In this document: positions 52,111 through 62,056 of the stretch, piece after piece
How the letters are laid out: every line of letters starts with the position of its first letter
How positions within the stretch are numbered: the stretch's first letter is position 1
Assembly: GCA_965222225.1 (NCBI GenBank)
Contig: CBDCTK010000002.1
Span: 1,312,001-1,376,000 of the forward strand
From: Candidatus Poribacteria bacterium
GTDB lineage: Bacteria > Poribacteria > WGA-4E > JAJDTR01
DNA length: 64,000 bases
Direction: 5' to 3'
Made by a program: the position numbers and the translations under genes
The notes under the pieces: generated by a model
What the model saw: the letters and a program-made list of their open reading frames with translations, nothing else
What the model was told of the DNA's origin: nothing
Database searches by the model: none

Positions 52111-53313
52111 ATGAAGGTTTTCATGGCGTGCCTACTACTAGGGTTGTTATGCGGAATAACGCCCCCTCTGTTACCCGCACAGCAGGACCAAAGCCCACAA
52201 CATTCAGCACAGGGGGTAGAATCCCTCAAGAATCGTGTTCTAGGACTCGAAAAACAGCTTCAGATTGTGGAAAATGCTGAGAAAATGGAGTTGCAAGCGA
52301 AACTTGCTGAAGCAAATGCTAAGCTTCTCAATGCGGAGTTTAGCAAGTTCGAGCGCGAATTGAGGGATGCAAATAATGGATGGTTAATAAAATGGGGTAT
52401 ACTTGCCCTGACATTTCTAGGAGTAGTTGGAGCCGCTGTTCTAGCTTGGGGCAAATCTAGGACTAATCAATTAATTGCGGCTACAGTGGAAAAAAACCTC
52501 AACGGGTTTAAGGAGACCGTTAATCAAGTAAGCGAACTGCAAATTCAATTTGCGGGGGCCTTGAAAGAGTTAAGTGCACTGAAAAACAACCATAGGATAT
52601 TAGAAAAAGATTACACAGTGTTTATGTTGGACAGCTATTCTAGTTCGCCACTTCAAGACGAACATAGCCATCCTGAACAAGTCAAAGCACTACGTGAAGA
52701 AACTCTCTTCGAGATACTTACCGATGGAAAATATGACGATGTAAAACGCGATTTACGACTCAGATATACGGCTGTAGAAGTTTTAGTCGCGAGAGAATCT
52801 TCAAGAAAATCTCCTAAATTGGTTTTTCCTACATTGCAGCTTTTAAATTCGGCTTTAGACGCAGACTCAAGCATTGATTTGGAAACAGAGCGTTACTTGC
52901 CTAAAGTCACAAATTTGTTGGCACGCATGCACATGTCGCCAGCTCAGCAGGCGCTCGGTGATTTCCTCCACCATTTATTAACAGGAAATCCAAAACGGAA
53001 GGACTTATTCCTATCAGAAACTGTATCTTCACTTGCGGGAATTAGCGTGGAATTGAACATGTCAGACTCGACCTCTACATTAAAAACGGCAATACCCCAT
53101 TTGAAGAATCCCGATCAGAAAGTCATAACTGCATTGCTCCAGTTTTTTGACAGATTCAATGAACCAACAGGAATTGAAGATCTCCTAAAACATCACGGCA
53201 CAACTTTGGCATCTGACGTAGAGGAAGAATGCCTAGATTTATTGCAAAAACACAATCCTGAGTTTGTAAGAAACTGGCGATCAAGAGAAACAACGGACCA
53301 CACAGAATCATAA
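52111..53313 (+). CDS. Hypothetical membrane protein (signal peptide, coiled coil, TM, helical C-terminal domain)
   Basis: Long AT-rich ORF with two hydrophobic segments. Confidence 0.75.
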   Translation: MKVFMACLLLGLLCGITPPLLPAQQDQSPQHSAQGVESLKNRVLGLEKQLQIVENAEKMELQAKLAEANAKLLNAEFSKFERELRDANNGWLIKWGILALTFLGVVGAAVLAWGKSRTNQLIAATVEKNLNGFKETVNQVSELQIQFAGALKELSALKNNHRILEKDYTVFMLDSYSSSPLQDEHSHPEQVKALREETLFEILTDGKYDDVKRDLRLRYTAVEVLVARESSRKSPKLVFPTLQLLNSALDADSSIDLETERYLPKVTNLLARMHMSPAQQALGDFLHHLLTGNPKRKDLFLSETVSSLAGISVELNMSDSTSTLKTAIPHLKNPDQKVITALLQFFDRFNEPTGIEDLLKHHGTTLASDVEEECLDLLQKHNPEFVRNWRSRETTDHTES

Positions 53314-53321
53314 GACTCCCT

Positions 53322-56318
53322 ATGAACCACAACCAACTCGACATCCCAATCCAACCCGTTGAGCGCCCCATCCTGTGCAGCCCCTACGAAGAACCGAGCG
53401 CCCACTGGGTCTACGCCACCAAAACCGGTGAAGCCAGTCAGAATCCCGGACGGCGCGAAGCCGGTTACTGGTACAAAACTGAGCGCACGGGAACCGAGCA
53501 ACTTCAAATGCGTTTCGTTCAAGAAGAGGAGCGGGACGACCTGCCTCTGGTGAATGCGTTACGCGCCGATATCAAGAGGTGGCGTGAATCGAATTACCGG
53601 AACGCCACCAATGTGACGCGCGAACTGCTAAACCATTGGACGCGCGAGGATAAAGAACGGCGACTGTTTTTCTGCCAGCTTGAAGCCGTTGAGACGGTTA
53701 TCTGGCTCGCCGAAATTCGCCGCGCAGGCAAACGTACTGGTTTCAATCCCCAATTCACCGATGAAAATCTCAACGAGTTGGTTGACGCACCTGAATTAAC
53801 AGACCTCCCTGAGTTAATCCGTTACGGGTGCAAAATGGCGACCGGCAGCGGCAAGACGGTTGTGATGGCGATGTTGATTGCGTGGGCGTTCTGCAACCGC
53901 GGCAAAGTGCCCTCCGACGACCGCTTCCCGAAAGCCGCGCTGGTCGTCTGCCCCAACCTGACAATCAAAGAACGCCTTCAGGTGCTGCGCCCCGAATTGT
54001 CGGACAACTACTACGATGCGTTTGAACTTATCCCGACAAAACTCCGCCCGCTGCTCAACAGCGGGAAAGTGCTGGTAACCAACTGGCACCAATTCGCTCT
54101 GGAATCCCCACAGGCAGAGGGCGGCTCCACCTACTCCGTCGTGAACAAAGGCGAGGAGACGCCCGACGCTTTTGCGAAACGCGTGTTGGGCGAACTCCAT
54201 GAACGCGCGCCAATCATGGTGCTGAACGATGAGGGGCACCACGCATACCGACCCGCGCCTATCGATGAAAAAGAAAAACTTTCCCGCACCGAGAAGTCCG
54301 AACGCCAAGATGCCACTGTTTGGATTTCCGGCTTGGACCGGATGAACGCCGCCTGCGGTGTCCGTTTCTGCGTCGATCTCTCCGCCACGCCGTTCTACAT
54401 TCACGCCAGCGGGCACCCGGAGGGTACCCCCTTCCCTTGGCTCGTTAGCGATTTCGGATTGGTGGACGCCATCGAGAGCGGCATCACCAAGATTCCGCGA
54501 TTGCCCGTAAGCGACACCACCGGGCGCCCCGAGCCGAAATACTTCCGCCTGTGGCGCGCGGTTAACGACCAAATCCTGCCGGCAGATCGATTGCCGGGTA
54601 GAGCGAGGAAACCCAAACCGGAAGCCGTGTTTCGTGAAGCCCAGGATGCGCTAAACACCCTCGCCAGCCAGTGGGTAGAGCGCTTTGGCTACATCCAGCA
54701 GGCATCGGATGCTCAGGACAAAACGCCGCCGGTCATGATTATCGTCTGCGACAATACCAACATTGCGGAACTGTTTTTCCGAAAAATCTCCGGCGAAGAC
54801 GAGGTCGAGATTGTCGAAGAAAATGGGGGCAACCGAGGGCGCAGAAGACGAAATGGCACCAGGACAGTCTACGGACAGGGGACGGTGTTTCCCGACCTGC
54901 TATCCAACGAACAAGACCTGATGCGAACGCTGCGAATTGACAGCAAGATGTTGGCTGACGCGGAAAGCGAGGACCCGGGGAAGAACAGAGCTCAGGCGGC
55001 GGAAGACCTGCGCCAGATTGTCGCCACCATCGGCAAGCCCGGCAAGCCTGGCGAGCAGGTGCGATGCGTCGTGTCCGTGGCGATGTTGAACGAGGGTTGG
55101 GACGCCAACAACGTCACGCACATCCTCGGGCTGCGTGCCTTCACGAGCCAGCTCCTCTGCGAACAGGTGGTTGGCAGAGGTTTGCGGCGCATGAACTACA
55201 CTCCCGACCCCGAGACGGGATTGCTGACCGAGGAGTACGTTGATGTGTACGGCATCCCGTTTTCCGTGATTCCCTTCAAGGGACGCAAACCTGGAACGCT
55301 TGTGCCCGACTTGCCCAAGAATCATGTTCGCGCAATGCCGGAGCGGGAGCGCTTTGAGATACGCTTTCCCGTCGTTGAGGGCTACGCCTTCGCCCTAAGA
55401 AAGAACGAAATCAAGGCGGATATTAAAGCCATGGAACTGCTCTTCGTTGAACCTGAGCGAACGCCAATCGCCGTATTCGTCAAACCCGCCGTCGGCTACG
55501 ACACCGGCAATCCCTCCGCCTTGGGTCCCGGTCAATTCGAAGAGCAAAACCGCCAAGAATATTACAACACAACGCACATTCAAGCCATCAAGTTCGAGAT
55601 TGCGCGGCGAATAGTCCTAAATTTGGTCGGCGGGGGCGATTTCCAACCCGATAGTAGGAGCAATCCCAAGTTGCGGCTGCAATCTCGGCACCGTCTATTC
55701 CCCCAAGTGTACAGGCTGGTTGACGCTTACGTCGGAACAAAAGTCGACTTCCATGGGTGTAACCCGTGTGAGATTGGCCACGAGAAATATACCAATCGGA
55801 TAGTTGAGCGCCTGATGGCGGCTATCCAGCCAAACGAAGTGGAAGGAGAAACCCCGCTGCTGCCCATCCTGAATCGGTACAAACCCATCGGCACATCGGC
55901 GGAAGTCGACTTCATGACCACCCGCTCGTGCCACAGCACCGAGCGCAGCCAGATTAACCAAGTCGTTCTGGATACCGAGACGTGGGAGAGTTCAGCCTGC
56001 TTCCGGCTGGAGCGGTCTGATGTTGTAGATTACTATGTCCGCAACGACCATCTTGGCCTTGGCATTCCGTATGAGTACACCGACAACTCCCACAGCTACG
56101 AGCCCGATTTTGTCGTCCGACTCAAGAATGATGTCAGACTGATTTTGGAGATTAAAGGCTTCGAGACCGATCAGGAGCTTGCGAAATATGCAGGCGCGGA
56201 ACGATGGGTGTCCGCCGTCAACAACTGGAATGAACTTGGAAAATGGGAGTTCCATGTATGCCGCGACCCGCAGCTACTGGAGCGCGAGTTGGCCTACATC
56301 GTAAGATCAAGCGACTGA
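53322..56318 (+). CDS. Type III-like restriction subunit (Res; SF2 helicase + PD-(D/E)xK nuclease)
   Basis: KMATGSGKT, NDEGHH, SAT, LNEGWD, QVVGRGLR and YEPDF..LEIKG motifs. Confidence 0.93.
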   Translation: MNHNQLDIPIQPVERPILCSPYEEPSAHWVYATKTGEASQNPGRREAGYWYKTERTGTEQLQMRFVQEEERDDLPLVNALRADIKRWRESNYRNATNVTRELLNHWTREDKERRLFFCQLEAVETVIWLAEIRRAGKRTGFNPQFTDENLNELVDAPELTDLPELIRYGCKMATGSGKTVVMAMLIAWAFCNRGKVPSDDRFPKAALVVCPNLTIKERLQVLRPELSDNYYDAFELIPTKLRPLLNSGKVLVTNWHQFALESPQAEGGSTYSVVNKGEETPDAFAKRVLGELHERAPIMVLNDEGHHAYRPAPIDEKEKLSRTEKSERQDATVWISGLDRMNAACGVRFCVDLSATPFYIHASGHPEGTPFPWLVSDFGLVDAIESGITKIPRLPVSDTTGRPEPKYFRLWRAVNDQILPADRLPGRARKPKPEAVFREAQDALNTLASQWVERFGYIQQASDAQDKTPPVMIIVCDNTNIAELFFRKISGEDEVEIVEENGGNRGRRRRNGTRTVYGQGTVFPDLLSNEQDLMRTLRIDSKMLADAESEDPGKNRAQAAEDLRQIVATIGKPGKPGEQVRCVVSVAMLNEGWDANNVTHILGLRAFTSQLLCEQVVGRGLRRMNYTPDPETGLLTEEYVDVYGIPFSVIPFKGRKPGTLVPDLPKNHVRAMPERERFEIRFPVVEGYAFALRKNEIKADIKAMELLFVEPERTPIAVFVKPAVGYDTGNPSALGPGQFEEQNRQEYYNTTHIQAIKFEIARRIVLNLVGGGDFQPDSRSNPKLRLQSRHRLFPQVYRLVDAYVGTKVDFHGCNPCEIGHEKYTNRIVERLMAAIQPNEVEGETPLLPILNRYKPIGTSAEVDFMTTRSCHSTERSQINQVVLDTETWESSACFRLERSDVVDYYVRNDHLGLGIPYEYTDNSHSYEPDFVVRLKNDVRLILEIKGFETDQELAKYAGAERWVSAVNNWNELGKWEFHVCRDPQLLERELAYIVRSSD

Positions 56319-56481
56319 ATAAGGAGCGCGATAGAGATCCTAGCGCGATAAAACTCTTGCCAGCCGTTAAACCTTCGGATCGCTCGCCGCACATCAATGC
56401 ACCTGAAAGGCGACACGGCTTAAAACCTGCTCTTCCCGAGACAGCACGTAAATCCAAATCCCGGAGCGAGGCAATTCGTAA

Positions 56482-57687
56482 ATGGAATACGAAAATAAAA
56501 AGATAATCCTCGGTGTGACCGGCGGAATCGCCATTCACAAATCCCTCGACTTGGTGAGCCAATTGGTCAAGCAGGGCGTTTCGGTGCATGTAGTGATGAC
56601 AGAAAATGCGACGCGATTGGTTCAACCACTTCAATTCCAAGTCATATCGCGAAATCCGGTGTTGCTTGACCTTTTTGACGTAGGCGGCAAGTGGAAACCC
56701 CCGCATATCGACCTTGCTGAACGTGCGGACCTCCTGGCAATTGTGCCCGCGACGGCAAACTTCATCGGTAAAATGGCAAACGGCATTGCCGATGACGCAC
56801 TAACCACCGTCGCAATCTCAGCTCACTGCCCTGTCTTGATTGCACCAGCAATGGAAGAGCACATGTACCACAACCCGTATGTTAAGACGAACATCAAGAA
56901 ACTGAAATCGCACGGCGTCGAAATTGTAGACCCTCTCCACGGCGATCTTGCCTCCGGTCACCAAGGGATAGGACGATTGAATACTATTGACTGCATACTC
57001 AGTCGAGTGACTCATTTATTGACCGGGCGGCAAGATTTACAGGGAAAAAAGGTGGTGGTTACCGCCGGCCCAACGCGAGAATATATTGACCCTACCCGTT
57101 TCATTAGCAACCCATCCAGCGGGAAGATGGGATACGCCATCGCCGAAGTAGCCCAACGGCGCGGCGCGGATGTCACCCTCATCAGCGGTCCGGCGACAGT
57201 TTCGCCTCCTACCGGGGTCGAACTTTGTTTCGTTGAAACGGCGAGCGAGATGCAAGACGCGGTTCTTAAAGTGTACGATAATGTGAACATCGCCGTGATG
57301 GCAGCGGCTGTTTCGGATTACCGCCCGTTGAGATACTCAGCAAACAAAATTAAGAAAACTGCCGACACGCTGACCCTGCCCCTCGAAAGGAATCCTGATA
57401 TTGCCGAGATGCTTGGACAGCGCAAGAAAGAACAAATTTTAGTTTGTTTCGCTGCCGAGACGAACAATCTCTTGCAAAACGCCCAATCGAAGTTAATCAA
57501 CAAGAACTGTGATCTGATGGTAGCGAACGACATTCTAGCGAAAGGCGCAGGATTTGAAGAAGATACCAACATCGTAACGTTATTGGACAACTCAGACAAA
57601 CAGGAACAATTGCCCCTTCTATCCAAGAGAGGAGTTGCGGACATTATTTTGGATCGGGTCGTTGCGATGCTCGGAAAACGGGATTAA
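56482..57687 (+). CDS. coaBC: Phosphopantothenoylcysteine decarboxylase/synthetase
   Basis: GVTGGIA, PATAN, TAGPTRE..SSGKMG and AAAVSDY motifs. Confidence 0.98.
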   Translation: MEYENKKIILGVTGGIAIHKSLDLVSQLVKQGVSVHVVMTENATRLVQPLQFQVISRNPVLLDLFDVGGKWKPPHIDLAERADLLAIVPATANFIGKMANGIADDALTTVAISAHCPVLIAPAMEEHMYHNPYVKTNIKKLKSHGVEIVDPLHGDLASGHQGIGRLNTIDCILSRVTHLLTGRQDLQGKKVVVTAGPTREYIDPTRFISNPSSGKMGYAIAEVAQRRGADVTLISGPATVSPPTGVELCFVETASEMQDAVLKVYDNVNIAVMAAAVSDYRPLRYSANKIKKTADTLTLPLERNPDIAEMLGQRKKEQILVCFAAETNNLLQNAQSKLINKNCDLMVANDILAKGAGFEEDTNIVTLLDNSDKQEQLPLLSKRGVADIILDRVVAMLGKRD

Positions 57688-57889
57688 CCAAAAGCTATAG
57701 AAGTATGGAAGAGTGGAAGATGTTAAGATTAAACGAGTGAAGGATGTGATTATCAAATCGTCGATAATCGCTACAAACCTAAAGACATCCAGCCAACAGA
57801 TTATGTATTTCAATAATAGGCGATTGATAAAAAAGTCGAACGCAATTAGGGGAGTTTTACTATCTCAGGCTCAAATCCTCTTCGCACGA

Positions 57890-58738
57890 ATGCTTCATCG
57901 CTTCCTAATTTTCGTGGCGTTCCTCGGTTCTTTCGGCTGCGGAGTGGATTCTCGGTCGGATCTGGAGCAGCCCAAGACGCGGGGTTCCCGGGACACAGTC
58001 GTGCAATTTCCACCGAGTGAGGCGGAGATGGTGTTGATTCCGGCAGGACTATTTGAGATGGGTAGCCATGATGGCGCACCTGATGAACAACCGGTGCACA
58101 CCGTTCGCCTCGCTGGATTCTACATCGACAAATACGAAGTTACCGTCGGGCAATACCGGCAGTTCGTTTGCGCAACGGGTGCGGCATTTCCTGATTGGGC
58201 AGAGGTGGCACGCTATGCTGAAACTGATCGTCACCCCATGGTCAATGTCAGTTGGTACGATGCTATTGCTTACGCCAAATGGGCGGGAAAAACCCTCCCC
58301 ACGGAAGCACAATGGGAATATGCGGCACGCGGCGGATTCGAAATGAAGGCTTATCCTTGGGGAGATGAGGCGCTCAACGTAAAAAAGGCAAATTATGAAA
58401 AGTCTGGCGTCGGAAAAACGGTTCCGGTCGGTTCATATCCTGCCAACGGCTACGGATTGCACGATATGGTGGGCAACGTGTGGGAGTGGTGCATTGATGA
58501 GTACATCACGGATTTCTATACTACGAACTCCAACAAGAATCCAATCGCAGGACCACCAATATCTCTTTTGGATGATAGCTTTCGAGAAGTCATCACACGT
58601 CGTGTAGTTCGTGGCGGCGGTTGGGATGCCGCCTCGCGTAGACTTCGCGTTGCATATCGCGATGGAAACGGACCAAGAGGCAAGGTCGATAGCGTCGGTT
58701 TTCGTTGTGTCCGCTCAACAAGGTCGGCAGTCAATTAA
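57890..58738 (+). CDS. FGE-sulfatase domain lipoprotein
   Basis: Lipobox-like SFGC; LPTEAQWEYAARGG, DMVGNVWEW and GFRC motifs; start uncertain. Confidence 0.9.
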   Translation: MLHRFLIFVAFLGSFGCGVDSRSDLEQPKTRGSRDTVVQFPPSEAEMVLIPAGLFEMGSHDGAPDEQPVHTVRLAGFYIDKYEVTVGQYRQFVCATGAAFPDWAEVARYAETDRHPMVNVSWYDAIAYAKWAGKTLPTEAQWEYAARGGFEMKAYPWGDEALNVKKANYEKSGVGKTVPVGSYPANGYGLHDMVGNVWEWCIDEYITDFYTTNSNKNPIAGPPISLLDDSFREVITRRVVRGGGWDAASRRLRVAYRDGNGPRGKVDSVGFRCVRSTRSAVN

Positions 58739-58773
58739 AAAACCCCGACGAATTACAGAAATTCATCGGGGTC
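58739..58773. terminator. Terminator-like hairpin between convergent genes
   Basis: AAAACCCCGACGAATT...AATTCATCGGGGT. Confidence 0.6.
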
Positions 58774-58895
58774 AATAAATGTAGTTGATTCAAGCAACCT
58801 CAACCACACGGGTTGAGGCAATATTCAAAATGTTAGCGGCTCCCATGGGCTTTGTCGCCAGCCGCTTTACATTTGGAATACTTCGTGCCGCACAG

Positions 58896-59519
58896 TCAGT
58901 CGTAGCAAAACTGTTTGTCTAAGTCTTTCGCAAAAAAGAAGTCACCGCCATGTCCACAGTAGTGGATTTCCGTGTCGGAACCGGGCAGCGGCGCATAGAG
59001 ATAAAAAGCGGGCTTCAGTTTTGCGTTAATATCGCTGCCAGAAGGCGCCGCGGGTTTTGCTAAAACTTCAATGCCCTCCTTGGTAACCTTCAGGGATGAT
59101 GTCTTCTCGGCTGTAAAGCCGATAATTTCATAAGTCCCGAAATTCCCACCTTTGAATTGGTCGGGAACACTGATTGTGAATTTCCCTCTTCTCTTCCCGC
59201 CAGTATCGTTTCTCAGCCACCCCACTGGACCGATATATTCCGATCTCTGATTGACGGTGTCGTGTACCCACGCAAAAATAGATCGACGTCCTTCAGGCAT
59301 CTTTAACCCGATATAGCTACCTCTGAATTCGTTCTTTTCGGGGTCGTATATGATGGTTCCCTTCGGCCCTACATCGTTCTTGAAATCATAGCCGTCGATG
59401 AGTAAACTGCCGTACATTGGCTGAACTTTTGATTCTCCGTCCGCTTGGTTATAGATGCCAAATGCGGAAATGAAGATGGCAGTAATACACGTCAGTGTTA
59501 ATACAATCTTCCGTTTCAC
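58896..59519 (-). CDS. Secreted hypothetical protein
   Basis: Signal peptide and AAGGAG RBS; C-terminal HYCGH...FCYD. Confidence 0.75.
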   Translation of the reverse strand: MKRKIVLTLTCITAIFISAFGIYNQADGESKVQPMYGSLLIDGYDFKNDVGPKGTIIYDPEKNEFRGSYIGLKMPEGRRSIFAWVHDTVNQRSEYIGPVGWLRNDTGGKRRGKFTISVPDQFKGGNFGTYEIIGFTAEKTSSLKVTKEGIEVLAKPAAPSGSDINAKLKPAFYLYAPLPGSDTEIHYCGHGGDFFFAKDLDKQFCYD

Positions 59520-59726
59520 AGAAAACTCCTTTCAAATTGTTGTATTTGAACGACCTGAGAGGTGCTAGCGCAATTCCCTCCTTGACTCAGTCATTGAACG
59601 TATTATATCATGAAGATACACTTGTGCCAACTCAAAAATTGCCAAAGTCGGAATGTGACACCGCCTAATCGTGTCAGAAGCTAATCCTTAATACTGAACC
59701 TGCTTAGAAGAGGAGACGAATTCGTA

Positions 59727-60809
59727 ATGTCTACAGCAACAAGCACAATCCTCGGCCTCGTGTTTCTAGGTCTCGGAAATGCCTCCGTTTTCTTGATGTA
59801 TAAACTGTGGGGATATCCATTTGATCATGAAACCCGCACAAGTTCCGCACCTCCATCACTCATATTTATACATCGTATGATTGGCTACGCTTACGCAATA
59901 CTCTATGTGTTCATGATGTGGCACATGGTGCCCCGCTTGTGGAACTATCAAATTGAACTGCCACCGCGCACGGTTGCTCATTTAATGCTAGGCATCACGA
60001 TTGGTGTGCTGCTTCTTGTCAAAATTTCTATCCTTCGCTTCTTCAGGCACTTTGAGGAAGCCATGCCGTATCTCGGAACCGCGCTTTTATTGTGTACTTA
60101 TCTCCTGATCGGCCTCTCTGCTCCCTTCAGTCTACGGGAAAAGGCACTCCAAACCAGTGCGAAAGTCTTTAGCGAAGCCGGGATGCAAAGGACGCGTACG
60201 CTTCTGAATAACGCTGGCTTACCGCCTGAGGCGCCGCTTGACCAACTCGCGTCCAAACGAAAACTTCGCGAAGGTCGGAAAACTCTTCTGAATAAATGTG
60301 TTCAGTGCCACGACCTGCGCACAATCTTGGTGCGTCCGCGCACCCCATCAAATTGGGTACGGTTAGTTAATCGAATGACGATAAAACCGGTGATTGGAGA
60401 ACCAATCGGGGAGAAGGAATCATGGGCAGTATCGGCATACTTGATTGCGATTACGCATGATTTGCAAATCTCTGTGAAGGAACAGAGGAAACAGGAGATT
60501 CAGACGGACATGGCGCAGGTGGCATTTCAGGCGGCCTCAATTTCGTCTCCCGATGCCATACAAGACCCTGACAGCGTGGTTATCCAAGATCCGGACGACG
60601 AGAGTTATGACTCGGCAGAGGCAAAGCTACTCTTTGAGGATACATGCTCCCAATGCCACCCCGTCGCGGATCTTGACAACGCACCCCCGACCACGGAGGC
60701 GGAAACCGGGGAACTGATATCGCGGATGATTGAAAATGGCCTCTTTATTCTGGAGGAGGATATCGAGATTATTGCCCGCTACCTCAACGAAACCTACGTA
60801 AATCAGTGA
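59727..60809 (+). CDS. Membrane-bound diheme cytochrome c with a 4-TM N-terminal domain
   Basis: CVQCH and CSQCH, each followed by RM; TM His residues (IHR, AHL). Confidence 0.85.
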   Translation: MSTATSTILGLVFLGLGNASVFLMYKLWGYPFDHETRTSSAPPSLIFIHRMIGYAYAILYVFMMWHMVPRLWNYQIELPPRTVAHLMLGITIGVLLLVKISILRFFRHFEEAMPYLGTALLLCTYLLIGLSAPFSLREKALQTSAKVFSEAGMQRTRTLLNNAGLPPEAPLDQLASKRKLREGRKTLLNKCVQCHDLRTILVRPRTPSNWVRLVNRMTIKPVIGEPIGEKESWAVSAYLIAITHDLQISVKEQRKQEIQTDMAQVAFQAASISSPDAIQDPDSVVIQDPDDESYDSAEAKLLFEDTCSQCHPVADLDNAPPTTEAETGELISRMIENGLFILEEDIEIIARYLNETYVNQ

Positions 60810-60987
60810 ATCACGACTCCGCACTTTGGATTCTGGCAACTGAAAGCGGAATCTTCTTGCTCAATCTGAAACTCCACCTCGTGTCAAACACCACCGAAGC
60901 CAGACTTGTTACTGAATTTGGCAATGCATCGGGAACAACACTGCCACGTTTTGGGAAAGTTTTCTCCGCGCCAACCTACCGTTTGCC

Positions 60988-61860
60988 ATGACTCCATATC
61001 AGAAGGTTCACGAATACCTGAGACGTACTGGAAGGCGCCCCAAAAAGCGCCTCAGCCAAAATTTCCTAATTAATCCAAACGCTCTGCCGGTAATCTTAGA
61101 AGCTATACAGATAGAGGATGCCGACCTTGTCCTTGAAATTGGCGCAGGACTCGGATTTCTTACCAAGGCATTGGGAGACAAAGCAAAAACGGTGGTGAGT
61201 GTTGAGGTTGATGCCGATTTATGCACAGAGTTACAACGCGAGTTTATCGACTATCCTCAGATTCGTCTTGTTCAGGCGGATATTCTCAAGTTGAACCTCT
61301 TCCCGATTCTCAGTGGTATCCCTCGCCTCAACGCCAAAGTTGTTGGAAACCTTCCGTATCATATTACCACGCCAATTCTCTGGAAGTTACTGGGACACTA
61401 CAAATTAATCGGCAGTTGTGTGCTAATGATGCAGGCAGAGGTCGCCCAACGCATAGTTGCATTGCCGGGCAGAAAAGATTACGGTGCCCTTTCCGTCGCA
61501 GTTTCTTACTACGCTAGATCCGAGATACTTCGGTCATTCTCATCAAATCAGTTTTACCCCGTCCCCGGCGTGGATTCCGCATTGGTCAGACTAAGAATTG
61601 AAGAAACACCAAGGGTCGAAGTCGGGAACGAAGCACTGTTTTTCCGTCTTCTGCGTGCTGCATTCCAATATCGGCGCAAGACGTTACGGAATGCGATGCT
61701 GATAGGTGGGTTGCCAGTACCGGACAAAGTGCTTGATGAAATCTTCGAAGAACTCGGCATGGACGCACGTCGCCGCGGCGAGACATTAGACATTCGGGAG
61801 TTTGCATCTCTTGCAAACTCTATGGGCCACAGAATTGATAGAACACTAATGCCGCACTGA
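60988..61860 (+). CDS. rsmA: 16S rRNA A1518/A1519 dimethyltransferase
   Basis: KRLSQNFL, EIGAGLG and GNLPYHIT motifs. Confidence 0.97.
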   Translation: MTPYQKVHEYLRRTGRRPKKRLSQNFLINPNALPVILEAIQIEDADLVLEIGAGLGFLTKALGDKAKTVVSVEVDADLCTELQREFIDYPQIRLVQADILKLNLFPILSGIPRLNAKVVGNLPYHITTPILWKLLGHYKLIGSCVLMMQAEVAQRIVALPGRKDYGALSVAVSYYARSEILRSFSSNQFYPVPGVDSALVRLRIEETPRVEVGNEALFFRLLRAAFQYRRKTLRNAMLIGGLPVPDKVLDEIFEELGMDARRRGETLDIREFASLANSMGHRIDRTLMPH

Positions 61861-62056
61861 ACTAAATCCACGGGCATCTTCGCAAAAAGAGTTGACCAAC
61901 CCAACCCCCATTATGTAGAATAGGGCACGCGGTATGCTAGATGGTACGACTTTTGACAGAAGCGCCTTCTTTAAGTGTAAGAGAGATAACGGTTCGATTA
62001 TGACAATCCTCAGAACAACGTCGATTTGAAGAACCGCTCAGATATAGGAAAATCTC

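Noticed and set aside
59530-59605. Glycine-riboswitch-like CTCTCAGG upstream of the secreted protein
   Set aside because: The other conserved aptamer elements were not found
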